Of a stretch of DNA of 64,000 nt, positions 1-9,463 are shown piece by piece (the first letter of the stretch is position 1; each line of letters opens with the position of its first letter). The translations under genes and the position numbers were made by a program. Below the pieces are notes generated by a model. That model was not told where the DNA came from and ran no database searches. It worked only from the letters and a program-made list of their open reading frames with translations. The DNA is from Candidatus Eiseniibacteriota bacterium (lineage in GTDB: Bacteria > Eisenbacteria > RBG-16-71-46), in the NCBI GenBank assembly GCA_963725865.1, contig CAVSAC010000014.1:1632001-1696000 (forward strand), read 5' to 3'.

Positions 1-288
1 GCAGTGGAAAGAGGAGCGGTGAGCCGCTGGTCCATGCGCCTCGCCGGCCCGGCGTCCGGGACGCGCAGACTCATGCGCCCGCTGCTCGTCGCCGCCGGGC
101 TCGGCGCGACGGCGGTGTGCGCCCGCCCGACCGCCGCCGGCGGGCGCGCCGCGAGCGGTTGCCCCGAGGGTGCAGGGCGCGGATAATCACCACCGCATGC
201 GTGCTTCCGGTTCGCACGCTGCTCCGCGATGGACTTCTCCTGATGGCGGTCCCGGGCCGCGCCCCCCGACGGCGCCCCGCCGAACGAG

Positions 289-1362
289 GTGACTGCTGCC
301 ATGGCCGCTTCCGCCGCCGGCTCCTGCTCCGCCTGCTTCTTCACCACCGAATTTCCTGGCGTCACCATCGAGAGCGACGGCCGCTGTTCCGTGTGCCACT
401 CCACCGACCTCGGTGAGCGGCTCGCGCGCCATCGCAAGGGCGACCTCGACGACCTCAAGCGCATGATCCTCGAGGCGCGCGGCCCCGCGACCGGACGCTA
501 CGACGTCATCGTCGGTGCCTCGGGCGGACTCGACAGCTCGTACGTGCTCTATCTGACGGTGCGCCGGCTGGGGCTGCGTCCGCTGGTCGTGAGCTACGAC
601 CACGGCCTCAACCACGTCCGTGCCCAGGACAATCTGCGCGCGCTGTGCCAGAGCCTCGGCGTCGAGATGAAGGTGGTGAAGAGTCGCGGCGGGCACGACC
701 GGGCCTTCGTCCGCCATGTCGTCCTCGCGCTGCGCGACGCCAGGCTCTACTGGGGCATCTGCCAGTTCTGCGGCTACGCCATCAAGGCGGCGCTCCATCG
801 CGAGGCCGAGCGCGAGGGGGTCGCAGTGGCGCTCGGCTCGGACAATCACTACGAAGGCATGCTCCACCTCGAGCGCGGCGTGAAGATGTCGGCGATGAAG
901 CGCGCGCTGCGGCGCGTGCACCCGCTGCGCTGGCCGGCGATGGCCTGGCACGTCGCCGCGGCGATGTACCACCTGCTGCGACTGCGCATGGAGTTCTACG
1001 TGCCGCCGCTCACCAACCTGTTCGTGCGCACTCCGCGCATCGTGGGGCCGCGCTCGATCACGGTCTCGCGCTACATCGACTGGGACGTGCCGAAGATGGT
1101 CGCAACCCTCGAGAGCGAGACCGGCTGGCGGGCGCCGCTGCCGGCGCTGCCGATGCGGTTCGACTGCATGCTCGAGGACAGCCTCATCAACCGGACCTGG
1201 CACACCGTGACCGGTCTCACCGTGCACGGCGTCATCGCCAGCAACTTGGTGCACGGCGGAGTGCACGAGCGCGCCGAACTGGAGGACACCGTGCGGCACT
1301 ATGACGAGGTGATGCCCGAGCGCCAGCGCGAGGTCGAGGCGCGCATCGGAGTCCACTCCTAG
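289..1362 (+). CDS. PP-loop N-acetyl-sugar amidotransferase-like protein (WbpG/PseA family); the start may instead be ATG 301
   Basis: N-terminal CxxC...CxxC, YDVIVGASGGLDSSY PP-loop, internal CQFC motif. Confidence 0.7.
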   Translation: MTAAMAASAAGSCSACFFTTEFPGVTIESDGRCSVCHSTDLGERLARHRKGDLDDLKRMILEARGPATGRYDVIVGASGGLDSSYVLYLTVRRLGLRPLVVSYDHGLNHVRAQDNLRALCQSLGVEMKVVKSRGGHDRAFVRHVVLALRDARLYWGICQFCGYAIKAALHREAEREGVAVALGSDNHYEGMLHLERGVKMSAMKRALRRVHPLRWPAMAWHVAAAMYHLLRLRMEFYVPPLTNLFVRTPRIVGPRSITVSRYIDWDVPKMVATLESETGWRAPLPALPMRFDCMLEDSLINRTWHTVTGLTVHGVIASNLVHGGVHERAELEDTVRHYDEVMPERQREVEARIGVHS

Positions 1363-1439
1363 CAGGCGGAAGCGCGCGACCGCCACGGCGCTCAGCCGCG
1401 CGGGCCGTCGAGTCCGCGCACTGCCGATTCGCGCGCCGC

Positions 1440-1859
1440 TCAGCCGCCGCGCGGCCAGCGCGCCACGAACACCACCGCGAGCGCCATGCCATGCGCGATC
1501 AGCCATCCGTCGCGCCAGCGCGCCGGCGCCCGCCAGCCGCGCGCGATCGCCCACGGAGCGAGCACCCACGCGAGCAGCCCCTCGATCGCGAGCGGCAGCG
1601 CGAGCGGATGCCGCGCTTGCGCCGTCGCCACGTCGCCCTTGGCGAGCGCCGCCAGCGCGCGCGTCATGCCGCAGGTCGCGCAGTCGTGATGCGTGATGCG
1701 GCGGAACAGGCACACCGTCCACGCCGGATCCTCGGGCGGCGTCCATACCGCGAGCACCGCCCAGCCGATCGCCAGCGCGAGTCCGGCGAGCGCCCAGATG
1801 CGCCAGCCCCGGCGACGCGCGTCGTCGGGGCCGGCGGCTGAGGCGACCGTCACGGTCAT
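1440..1859 (-). CDS. DUF2752 family membrane protein
   Basis: CLFRRITHHDCATCGMTRA motif flanked by hydrophobic segments. Confidence 0.8.
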   Translation of the reverse strand: MTVTVASAAGPDDARRRGWRIWALAGLALAIGWAVLAVWTPPEDPAWTVCLFRRITHHDCATCGMTRALAALAKGDVATAQARHPLALPLAIEGLLAWVLAPWAIARGWRAPARWRDGWLIAHGMALAVVFVARWPRGG

Positions 1860-1863
1860 CGGA

Positions 1864-2183
1864 TCAGCGGTGGCCCATCGCGGAGAGCATCGCGAGACCG
1901 CCGAAGAAGAACACCCAGCAGAGCGTGAACGCGAGCAGGATGGTTCCGATGATCCCCATGATCATCCGGCCTTCGCGAGGCCCTCGCCGCTCTGGGGCGA
2001 CTGGCCGGCGCGGATCGCCGCCAGCTCCTGACTGCCCAGGTACCACGCGATCGGAGCGAGGATCTCGCAGCAGATGATGCCGAGGATCGAGAGCACGAGA
2101 CTCCAGGTCGCGCGGTTCGAATTGCTCTTGGGCGGGGCGGGCGTGACCGGAGGGGGCATCGAGGTCATGGGCGGATCCTCCAT
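1864..2183 (-). CDS. DUF4190-like membrane protein with a 1-nt frameshift near 1966
   Basis: ATWSLVLSILGIICC...GEGLAKAG continues in another frame as MIMGIIGTILLAF...; GCC GG ATG is one base short. Confidence 0.7.
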
Positions 2184-2285
2184 GAGGGGCGAGCCACACC
2201 GGCGCCCGATGCGCCGGCCCTGGCGCCCAACCGTCGCGCAGTCTAGTGGGGGCCGCGCGCCGAATCCAGCCTCGAGCGCACGCAG

Positions 2286-3218
2286 CTAGTGATAGTGGCT
2301 GTCCATCTCCCCCGCGCGGATCGCGACCTTGAGCGTGTTCGCCTTGGGCGGGATCGGGCAGTTGTAGTGCTCGCTGACGGCGCAGGCGGGGTTGTAGGCG
2401 AGGTTGAAGTCGAGCACGTACCGCCCGTCGTCGCGCGGCTCCACGTCGACGTAGCGGCCGAGGCCGTAGGACTCCTTCCCGGTGGTGAGGTCGCGGAAGA
2501 AGATCCCCAGGTCGTGCTCGCCGACGCCCGGCTCGAGCAGCCGGGTGGCCTCCAGCCGGCACGTGGTGCCCTTCAGCTTGAACTCGAACCAGCCCGCCCG
2601 CAGCGCGTGGCGCTGGTTGCCGCGCGTGGACAGGATGATCACGGTGTCGGGGCTGGGATTCGGCGTCAGCGAGAGGACGTAGCGGTAGCTCATGTCGGCC
2701 GGGAACCAGTGGAGGCCCTTGTAGTCGGCGAAGCGCGGGCTCTGCGGGTCGAACACGATGATGGCCGGAAAGCGCTGGTGCGAGAGCCGCAGCGTGTAGC
2801 GTCCGACGCGGATGCTGCTCGGGGCCACCATGGCGTCGCGCAGCTCATCGTCCTTCTCCTTGAACGTGGCGCCCGCGTCGAGCGCTTCGACGCGGAACGA
2901 GTCGCCGACCACGGTCACGCGCAGGTGCTCGGGCTTGAGCATCTCGTCGGGGATGCGGACGTCGCACTCGCTCGAGTTACCGACCGTGAGCGCCGTCTTC
3001 TCGCCGAAGTCCTGGCGCTGCACGGTCGCCAGGTACGAGGTCGGGCTGGTCTTGAGCCAGTCGAGCGTCTCGGCGCGGTCCTTCTCGAGCGCCGCGCGCA
3101 GCGAGTCCGCCTCGGCGGGGGCGAGGCGCGCGGGCAGCGCGGGGGCGGAGGCTGCGGGCGCGGCCGCGCAGGCCAACAGGAGCGATGCGGCGCACACCAT
3201 CAGGGACGAGCGCGACAT
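2286..3218 (-). CDS. DUF1684 domain protein with signal peptide
   Basis: FRDLTTGKESYGLGRYV and LDFNLAYNPACAVSEHYNCPIPP motifs; GGAGG SD before ATG 3218. Confidence 0.9.
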   Translation of the reverse strand: MSRSSLMVCAASLLLACAAAPAASAPALPARLAPAEADSLRAALEKDRAETLDWLKTSPTSYLATVQRQDFGEKTALTVGNSSECDVRIPDEMLKPEHLRVTVVGDSFRVEALDAGATFKEKDDELRDAMVAPSSIRVGRYTLRLSHQRFPAIIVFDPQSPRFADYKGLHWFPADMSYRYVLSLTPNPSPDTVIILSTRGNQRHALRAGWFEFKLKGTTCRLEATRLLEPGVGEHDLGIFFRDLTTGKESYGLGRYVDVEPRDDGRYVLDFNLAYNPACAVSEHYNCPIPPKANTLKVAIRAGEMDSHYH

Positions 3219-3383
3219 GGGTTCCTCCGGTTCACGATCGAGCGACGGACGGCGGCGAGCATAGCCGCCCGCTGCGCACGCGTCACGGCTGCCCGTCCGT
3301 ATCAGTGATTGAGCGCGACCCGGAGGTCGGGCATACTGCCGCGTCGGCTCCCCGCAGGTTCCTCTCTCCTCGAGGTCCCAAGC

Positions 3384-4070
3384 ATGCGCCGCTTGATCAC
3401 GCTGTCGATCGTCGTCGCCGTCCTCGCACTTGGCGCTTCGCCCGCCGCGGCGGCGCGCGCCGAAGGCGGCGCGCACTTCATCGTCGGCGCCCCCCAGGGC
3501 GTGTTCGCCGACGTGGCGCCCACCGGCTACGGGCTCCAGGTGGACGGCGTCTACCACATCGATCCGCAGGGCTGGTTCGGCATCCGCGGCGACGTGGGGT
3601 ATCTCAACTACGGCAACGAGGAGCGCCGCGTCCCGCTCAGCAACACGGTGGTGCTCGTCGACGTGCGCGTGCGCACCAGCCACAATCTGGTCACCGCCGG
3701 CCTCGGCCCGCAGTTCTCGGTGCCCGAGGGGCCGATCCGCCCCTACCTGTTCGGCACCGTGGGGCTCGGCTACTTCTTCACCGAGACCAGCGTGAGCGGC
3801 TCCAACAGCCTCAGCGAGCCGTTCGCGAGCAGCACCAACTTCTCGAACGCGGTGTTCGCATGGAGCGCCGGCGGCGGGGTGCAGGTGCCGTTCAACCGCC
3901 AGATCGCGCTCGACCTGGGCGCCGAGTACCGCGCGCAGAAGGACGCCGAGTACCTGACCAAGGGCAGCATCATCGAGAACTCCGACGGCACGGTCACGAT
4001 CAAGGTGCATCGCAGCGACGCGGACCTGGTGATCTTCCACGTCGGCGTGACGCTGTTCACGCCGCTCTGA
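3384..4070 (+). CDS. Outer membrane beta-barrel protein (OmpA/PorT-like)
   Basis: Signal peptide, amphipathic strands (RPYLFGTVGLGYF, FAWSAGGGVQV), C-terminal FHVGVTLF; GAGG SD. Confidence 0.8.
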   Translation: MRRLITLSIVVAVLALGASPAAAARAEGGAHFIVGAPQGVFADVAPTGYGLQVDGVYHIDPQGWFGIRGDVGYLNYGNEERRVPLSNTVVLVDVRVRTSHNLVTAGLGPQFSVPEGPIRPYLFGTVGLGYFFTETSVSGSNSLSEPFASSTNFSNAVFAWSAGGGVQVPFNRQIALDLGAEYRAQKDAEYLTKGSIIENSDGTVTIKVHRSDADLVIFHVGVTLFTPL

Positions 4071-4080
4071 GGCCGCGACC

Positions 4081-4875
4081 CTGCGCCCGCGCCCACTGTC
4101 GACCTGGCTGCCGCTGATCGCGCTGCTCGTCGCCGCGCGCGGCGCGACCGCGGGCGGCCTCGACCACGTCGAGGCGACCGTCGGCGGCGCGTGGGCCCAG
4201 CCGCTGGGGTCGTTTGGCGTCGGCGCGGCGGGCGCGCCCGCGATCTGGGTCGCGACCACCGCGCGCACCGACAGCGGCGCCCATCTCGCGCTGCGGCTCG
4301 ACGGCGGCTACACCAGCCTGAAGGTGGGAGCGGAGACGCCGCTGCTCTCGCCCTCGAGCGGCCCGAACACCTCGTTCGCCACGATCACCGAGCGCATGCT
4401 GTGGGTGACCGCGGGCCCGGAGCTGTCGTTCCGCGCCGGGCCGACGCGCATTTATGGGTTCGTGAGTGGGGGCCTCGGCACCTTTCACGCGCACCCGGCG
4501 GTGCGCAGCACCGCCTCGGCGGGCGCCTACCGGCCGGAGTCCTTCGATGCGCCGCCCGGCGGCACCTCGTTCGCGTGGAGCGCGGGCGGCGGCCTCGGCG
4601 TGCCGCTCCTCGGCGGCTTCGCGCTCGACCTGGGCGGCGCGTTCGTGGCGCTCGGACGCTCGGCGATGGTGATCGATCCGCCGCTGGTGCTCGACGCCCA
4701 GCGCCGCGAGAACTTCCAGACCGCGCAGGAGATCCCGAGCGTGATGGTGGTCCGCGTGGGGCTCACGTACTCGCAGCCGCCCGCGCGTCCGGCGGCGACT
4801 GGTCCGCCCGCGCCGCGGCCGAAACGCCCGCGCCCGGTGCCGGCCGCGGCCGACAGCACGCGCGGCGGGCACTGA
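4081..4875 (+). CDS. Second outer membrane beta-barrel protein, probable CTG start
   Basis: Frame open from 4051; CTG 4081 gives signal peptide LRPRPLSTWLPLIALLVAARGATA; shares FAWSAGGG motif with the upstream gene. Confidence 0.65.
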   Translation: MRPRPLSTWLPLIALLVAARGATAGGLDHVEATVGGAWAQPLGSFGVGAAGAPAIWVATTARTDSGAHLALRLDGGYTSLKVGAETPLLSPSSGPNTSFATITERMLWVTAGPELSFRAGPTRIYGFVSGGLGTFHAHPAVRSTASAGAYRPESFDAPPGGTSFAWSAGGGLGVPLLGGFALDLGGAFVALGRSAMVIDPPLVLDAQRRENFQTAQEIPSVMVVRVGLTYSQPPARPAATGPPAPRPKRPRPVPAAADSTRGGH

Positions 4876-5128
4876 GTCCACGGCGCCGCGCCGCGACCGC
4901 GCTTCCGAGGTTGCGCGCCGCGGACCCGCCGCCGATAATCGCCGCGCGACACGCGCGATCCTCGACCCGCGCACGCGCGGCGATGCCGCGCGGCCGGCAC
5001 GATCCACGACCGACCCGCGCGCGGCGATCCCGCGCGCTGCCCACAGGAGATGGCGCCCCATGGATGTGAGCGCCCCGGCGACCGGCGGAACCACCGCCGC
5101 GAGCGAACCCACCACCGAAAGAACGCTC

Positions 5129-6382
5129 ATGGACGCACTCGTGATCCAAGGCGGCCACGCGCTCGCCGGCCGCATCGCGGTCAGCGGCGCCAAGAATGCC
5201 GCGCTCCCGGTCATGGCGGCCACCCTGCTGGCGCCCGGCGTGCACGTGCTGCGCAACGTGCCGAGCCTCTCCGACACGCGCACCATGGCGCGCGTGCTCG
5301 AGACGCTCGGCGCCAAGGTGACGTTCGCGGGCGACACCTGCACGGTCGACAGCACTCATCTGACCTCGGTCGAGGCGCCCTACGACCTGGTGCGCACCAT
5401 GCGCGCCAGCATCTACGTGCTGGGGCCGCTGCTCGCGCGCCTCGGCGCCGCCCGCGTGTCGCTGCCCGGCGGCTGCGCGTGGGGCCCGCGCCCGGTGAAC
5501 CTGCACCTCGAAGGGCTCAAGGCCATGGGTGCCACGCTCGAGATCGAGCACGGCTACATCGTGGGCAAGGACGTGCGGCTGAAGGGCGGCGCGTTCAACT
5601 TCGACGTGGTCTCGGTCGGCGCGACCGCGCAGCTCATGATGGCGGCCACGTTGGCCGACGGCACCACGACGCTCGAGAACGTGGCGATCGAGCCCGACAT
5701 CACCGTGCTGGGCGAGGTGCTGGTGGCGTGCGGGGCACGCATCGAGGGGCTCGGCTCGCGCCGCATCGCCGTGCACGGCGTGAAGCAGCTGCGGCCGATC
5801 GACACCAGCATCATCCCCGACCGCATCGAGGCCGCGACGTTCCTCGCCGCCGCCGCGGCGACCGGCGGCACGCTGACGATCGAGCGCTGCGTCCCCGAGC
5901 ACCTGGCCGCGACGCTGCGCAAGCTCGAGGAGATGGGTTGCGAGACCCACGCCGGCGTCGACGAGGTGACGGTCCGCGGGCCGCGACGGCCGGGCGCGTG
6001 CGACGTGACCACCGCGGTCTATCCCGGCTTTCCGACCGACATGCAGGCCCAGATCATGGCGGTCGCCGCGATCGCCGACGGCACCAGCGTCATCACCGAC
6101 ACCATCTACCTGGACCGCTTCACGCACGTGCCGGAGCTCAACCGGCTGGGCGCGAACGTCGAGCAGAAGGGCAACGTCGCCGTGGTGAAGGGCGTCGAGC
6201 GGCTGCAGGGCGCCCCGGTGATGGCCACCGACATCCGCGCGAGCGCGGCGCTGGTGATCGCGGCGCTGGCCGCCGAGGGCGAGACGCGCATCTCGCGCAT
6301 CTATCATCTCGATCGCGGCTACGAGGCCATGGACCGCAAGCTCACCGCGGTCGGCGCGCGCATCGAGCGCGTGAAGGAGTAG
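5129..6382 (+). CDS. murA: UDP-N-acetylglucosamine 1-carboxyvinyltransferase
   Basis: SGAKNAALP, MRASIYVLGPL, LPGGCAWGPRPV (catalytic Cys), YPGFPTDMQ, HLDRGYE. Confidence 0.97.
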   Translation: MDALVIQGGHALAGRIAVSGAKNAALPVMAATLLAPGVHVLRNVPSLSDTRTMARVLETLGAKVTFAGDTCTVDSTHLTSVEAPYDLVRTMRASIYVLGPLLARLGAARVSLPGGCAWGPRPVNLHLEGLKAMGATLEIEHGYIVGKDVRLKGGAFNFDVVSVGATAQLMMAATLADGTTTLENVAIEPDITVLGEVLVACGARIEGLGSRRIAVHGVKQLRPIDTSIIPDRIEAATFLAAAAATGGTLTIERCVPEHLAATLRKLEEMGCETHAGVDEVTVRGPRRPGACDVTTAVYPGFPTDMQAQIMAVAAIADGTSVITDTIYLDRFTHVPELNRLGANVEQKGNVAVVKGVERLQGAPVMATDIRASAALVIAALAAEGETRISRIYHLDRGYEAMDRKLTAVGARIERVKE

Positions 6383-6389
6383 CCCGGGC

Positions 6390-6681
6390 ATGGCGCGCGC
6401 GCCGCCCGCTGCATCGCGCCGCTCTGGCGATCGTCTGCGCGCTCGGGTGCACCGCCGCGGCGCGGGGCGCGGCACCGGTCGCCGAGGGTGGGCGGATCGA
6501 GCGGTTCTCCGGCCACGTGCGGGCAGGCGCCGGCTCCGTGGCCATCGCCACCCCGCCGTACCGCGGCGTGAACCCGCGCATGATCGAGGCGTGGCGCTTC
6601 CGCGCGCGCAACGTGACGCCGGTGATCACCTCGATGTCGTTCGACGTCACGCTGACGCCGCCGCCGGAGCCCGCGCGATGA
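6390..6681 (+). CDS. Small secreted hypothetical protein; start uncertain, possible indel just after ATG 6390
   Basis: Frame ending at 6681 has a signal-like segment RAALAIVCALGCTAAARG; its TGA overlaps the next ATG (ATGA). Confidence 0.4.
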
Positions 6682-7292
6682 GCAAGCAATACGACCGCGC
6701 CTACTTCGACCGCTGGTATCGCGACCCGCGCTGGACCGTGGTGCACCAGGGCGTGCTCGCGCGCCGCGTGCAGCTCGCGGTGGCGGCGAGCGAGTACCTG
6801 CTCGAGCGCGAGATCCGCACGGTGCTCGACGTCGGCTGCGGCGAGGCGCCGTGGCGCGCGCTGCTCCGGCACGCGCGGCCCAAGGTGCGCTACACCGGCG
6901 TCGACTCGAGCGCGTATGCGGTGAAGCGCTACGGGCGCGCGCGCAACATCCGGCTGGGCTCGCTCGGGACACTCGGGCGCCTGAAGCTCGGCCCGCCGTA
7001 CGACCTCATCGTGTGCTCGGACGTCCTGCACTACGTCGACAACGACGAGGCGGGCCGCGGGCTGAAGGCGATTGCGAAGCTGCTCGGCGGGGTGGCGTTC
7101 ATCGAGATGTTCGCGATGGAGGATGCGACCGAGGGCGACCAGGAGAGCTTCCAGATGCGCCCGGCGGCGACCTACCGGCGGCTGTTCCGCGCGGCCGGGC
7201 TGATCCCGCTGGGGCTCCACTGCTACGCCGGACGCCTGCTGCGGCGCGAGCTCACGACGTTCGAGCGCGCACCGGGAGGACCGCGGCGATGA
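6678..7292 (+). CDS. Class I SAM-dependent methyltransferase
   Basis: VLDVGCGEA motif I, YTGVDSS, YDLIVCSDVLHY. Confidence 0.9.
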   Translation: MSKQYDRAYFDRWYRDPRWTVVHQGVLARRVQLAVAASEYLLEREIRTVLDVGCGEAPWRALLRHARPKVRYTGVDSSAYAVKRYGRARNIRLGSLGTLGRLKLGPPYDLIVCSDVLHYVDNDEAGRGLKAIAKLLGGVAFIEMFAMEDATEGDQESFQMRPAATYRRLFRAAGLIPLGLHCYAGRLLRRELTTFERAPGGPRR

Positions 7293-9310
7293 ACGTGGCC
7301 ACCGCGGTCTCGTTCCTCCTCGCCATGACCCTGGTGGGCATGGCGATGCTGTCCCGGGCCAGCGTGCGCTGGGTGCGCCAGGGCCCCGCCGGGCTGCGGC
7401 GCTTCACGCTGCTGCTGGCGGGCGGGGTGACGCTCTCGGTAGCGCTGTTGGCGGCGATGTCGGTGCTCCCCGGCGTGCCGATGATGATGCGCTTCTGGTT
7501 CACGCTGAGCGCGATCACCGCGATGCTGGTGCTGAGCCTGCGCGCGGGCCGCGTGCTGGCGCTGGCCGAGCGGCGGGTGAACCGGCGTCTCGCCGTCCTG
7601 ATGCTGTTCGCCACGGTGGTGCCGGCAGTCATCATGGCCGCGCTGTGGGTGGTGAGCGCGGTGCTCGGCACCGCTTCGGGCCGCGCGCTGGCAGCGGCGC
7701 GCGCGTACCAGGCCGAGTCCCGGCGCCTGGAGGATGACCTGACGCTCGCGCTGGCGCGGCCGGCCGAGGTCGAGGCGCGGCTCGCCGACCTGGCCGTCTC
7801 GCGCGCGCGGCGCGGCATCGCGCTCACGGTCTGGCTGCGACGCGGCGAGTGGCGGCGCGCGGTCGGTAACGCCGCGCTGCCGGTGCCGGCGCTCGCCGCG
7901 TGGCCGGCCGGGCGCGCCGCGGGCGCGACCCTGATGGTGGTGGGCGGCGCGTCCTACGCCGCGGCGCGCGTGGCGGCGCCGGGCGACAGCGCGCTCGTCG
8001 CGGTGGGCCTGATCCCGGCGCGCGGTCCGCTGGGCGACGACATCTCGCGTCGCATCGCCGCGCAACTGGTGTACAGCGGCGCCGTCGGGCAGCGCGTCGA
8101 CGTCACCCCCGTGGGCCTGCGCTCCATCGTCCACACCATGGTGCAGGAGGCCAACCACGGCGAACTGTCACCGTTCTCCGGGTTCGCAAACGTCGGCGGC
8201 TGGTTGTGGACCGGACAGGGCTGGGTGCCCTCCACGAACACGCTGTCGGTGAGTGTGGGCATGATGCCCGCGCTGGGCGGCATGCTGCGCAACGCGCGGG
8301 TGTCCGCGCTCGCCTACGTGCCGGTGGTGCTCATCGGCATCATGCTCGTCATCGGCCTGCGCGTGCTGTGGGTGAATTGGGCGACGCTGCGGGCACTCGG
8401 CGGCAGCATCACGCGCGCGATCGCCGCGCTGCGCGACGGTGCTGCGGCGCTCGAAGCCGGGCGGCTCGACCACCGCATCGCGGTGCAGGGCGACGACGAG
8501 CTGTGGGACGTGGCCGCGGGCTTCAACCGCATGGCCGACGGGCTGGAGCGCGGGCGCCGGCTGGAGCTCGAGCGCGAGCGGCTCGAAAGCGAGATGGCGC
8601 TGGCGCGGCGCATCCAGGCGCGCCTGTTGCCGGCGCAGCCGCCGCGCGTGGCGGGCGCCGACATCGCGGGGCTGAGCGAGCCCGCGCGGGCGATCGGCGG
8701 GGACTACTACGATCACATCGCGCTCGCCGACGGGCGCGTGGCGCTGGTGATCGCCGACGTGTCCGGCAAGGGCGTGCCCGCGGCGCTGCTGATGTCGGCG
8801 TTCCGCGCCTCGCTGATGAGCCAGCTCGACGACACCAGCGATCCCGCGGTGGTGATGGCGCGCGTGAACCGCTTCCTGCATCGCAGCGTGGACCCGGGGA
8901 AGTTCGTGACCGCATTCCTCGGCGTGCTCGATCCCGCGAGCGGCCGCTTCGAGTACTGCAACGCCGGGCACAACCCGCCGTTCGTGGTGACGCGCGCCGG
9001 CGAGGTCACCACGCTGGAGACCGGCGGCCTGCTGCTCGGCATGCTCGAAGCGAGCCGCTACGAGCTGGGCGCGCTCGAGCTGGTGCCGGGTGCCACGCTC
9101 GCGCTGTTCACCGACGGCGTGACCGAGGCCCAGGCGGCGGGTGGGGCGATGTGGGGCGAAGCCCCGCTGGTCGAGCTGCTGCGGGGCCATCCCGACGAGC
9201 CGTGCGAGGCGTTCGCGCGGCGCATCGTGGACGAGGTGCGCCGCTTCGAGGGCGAGCAGGGGCCCTCGGACGACATCACGCTGCTGCTCGCGAGGCGCAC
9301 CGGGCGCTGA
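7289..9310 (+). CDS. Membrane HAMP + SpoIIE/PP2C (RsbU-like) phosphatase
   Basis: Several TM helices, HAMP (DELWDVAAGFNRM), GGDYYD, IADVSGKG, NAGHNPP, FTDGVTEA, DDIT. Confidence 0.92.
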   Translation: MNVATAVSFLLAMTLVGMAMLSRASVRWVRQGPAGLRRFTLLLAGGVTLSVALLAAMSVLPGVPMMMRFWFTLSAITAMLVLSLRAGRVLALAERRVNRRLAVLMLFATVVPAVIMAALWVVSAVLGTASGRALAAARAYQAESRRLEDDLTLALARPAEVEARLADLAVSRARRGIALTVWLRRGEWRRAVGNAALPVPALAAWPAGRAAGATLMVVGGASYAAARVAAPGDSALVAVGLIPARGPLGDDISRRIAAQLVYSGAVGQRVDVTPVGLRSIVHTMVQEANHGELSPFSGFANVGGWLWTGQGWVPSTNTLSVSVGMMPALGGMLRNARVSALAYVPVVLIGIMLVIGLRVLWVNWATLRALGGSITRAIAALRDGAAALEAGRLDHRIAVQGDDELWDVAAGFNRMADGLERGRRLELERERLESEMALARRIQARLLPAQPPRVAGADIAGLSEPARAIGGDYYDHIALADGRVALVIADVSGKGVPAALLMSAFRASLMSQLDDTSDPAVVMARVNRFLHRSVDPGKFVTAFLGVLDPASGRFEYCNAGHNPPFVVTRAGEVTTLETGGLLLGMLEASRYELGALELVPGATLALFTDGVTEAQAAGGAMWGEAPLVELLRGHPDEPCEAFARRIVDEVRRFEGEQGPSDDITLLLARRTGR

Positions 9311-9463
9311 GCGGGCCGACGGCGGGTCGCAGCGGGCGTCGGGTGCGGCCGCAGCCCCGCGCCGCCCTGTCCCCCTTCCGCCTCCGGCTGCGTTCTGAGG
9401 AGTGCGGGCCGCCCCGCGCCGCCGCGCGCGGCCCGCCGGATCCGCACGCCCCTGGAGGCCCTC

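Noticed and set aside
1..288. Gene start on the minus strand at the window edge
   Set aside because: Too short and featureless to support
1962..1964. TGA in the DUF4190 gene as selenocysteine, given selB
   Set aside because: The protein continues in a different frame, so this is an indel; I noticed no convincing in-frame Sec codon in the window
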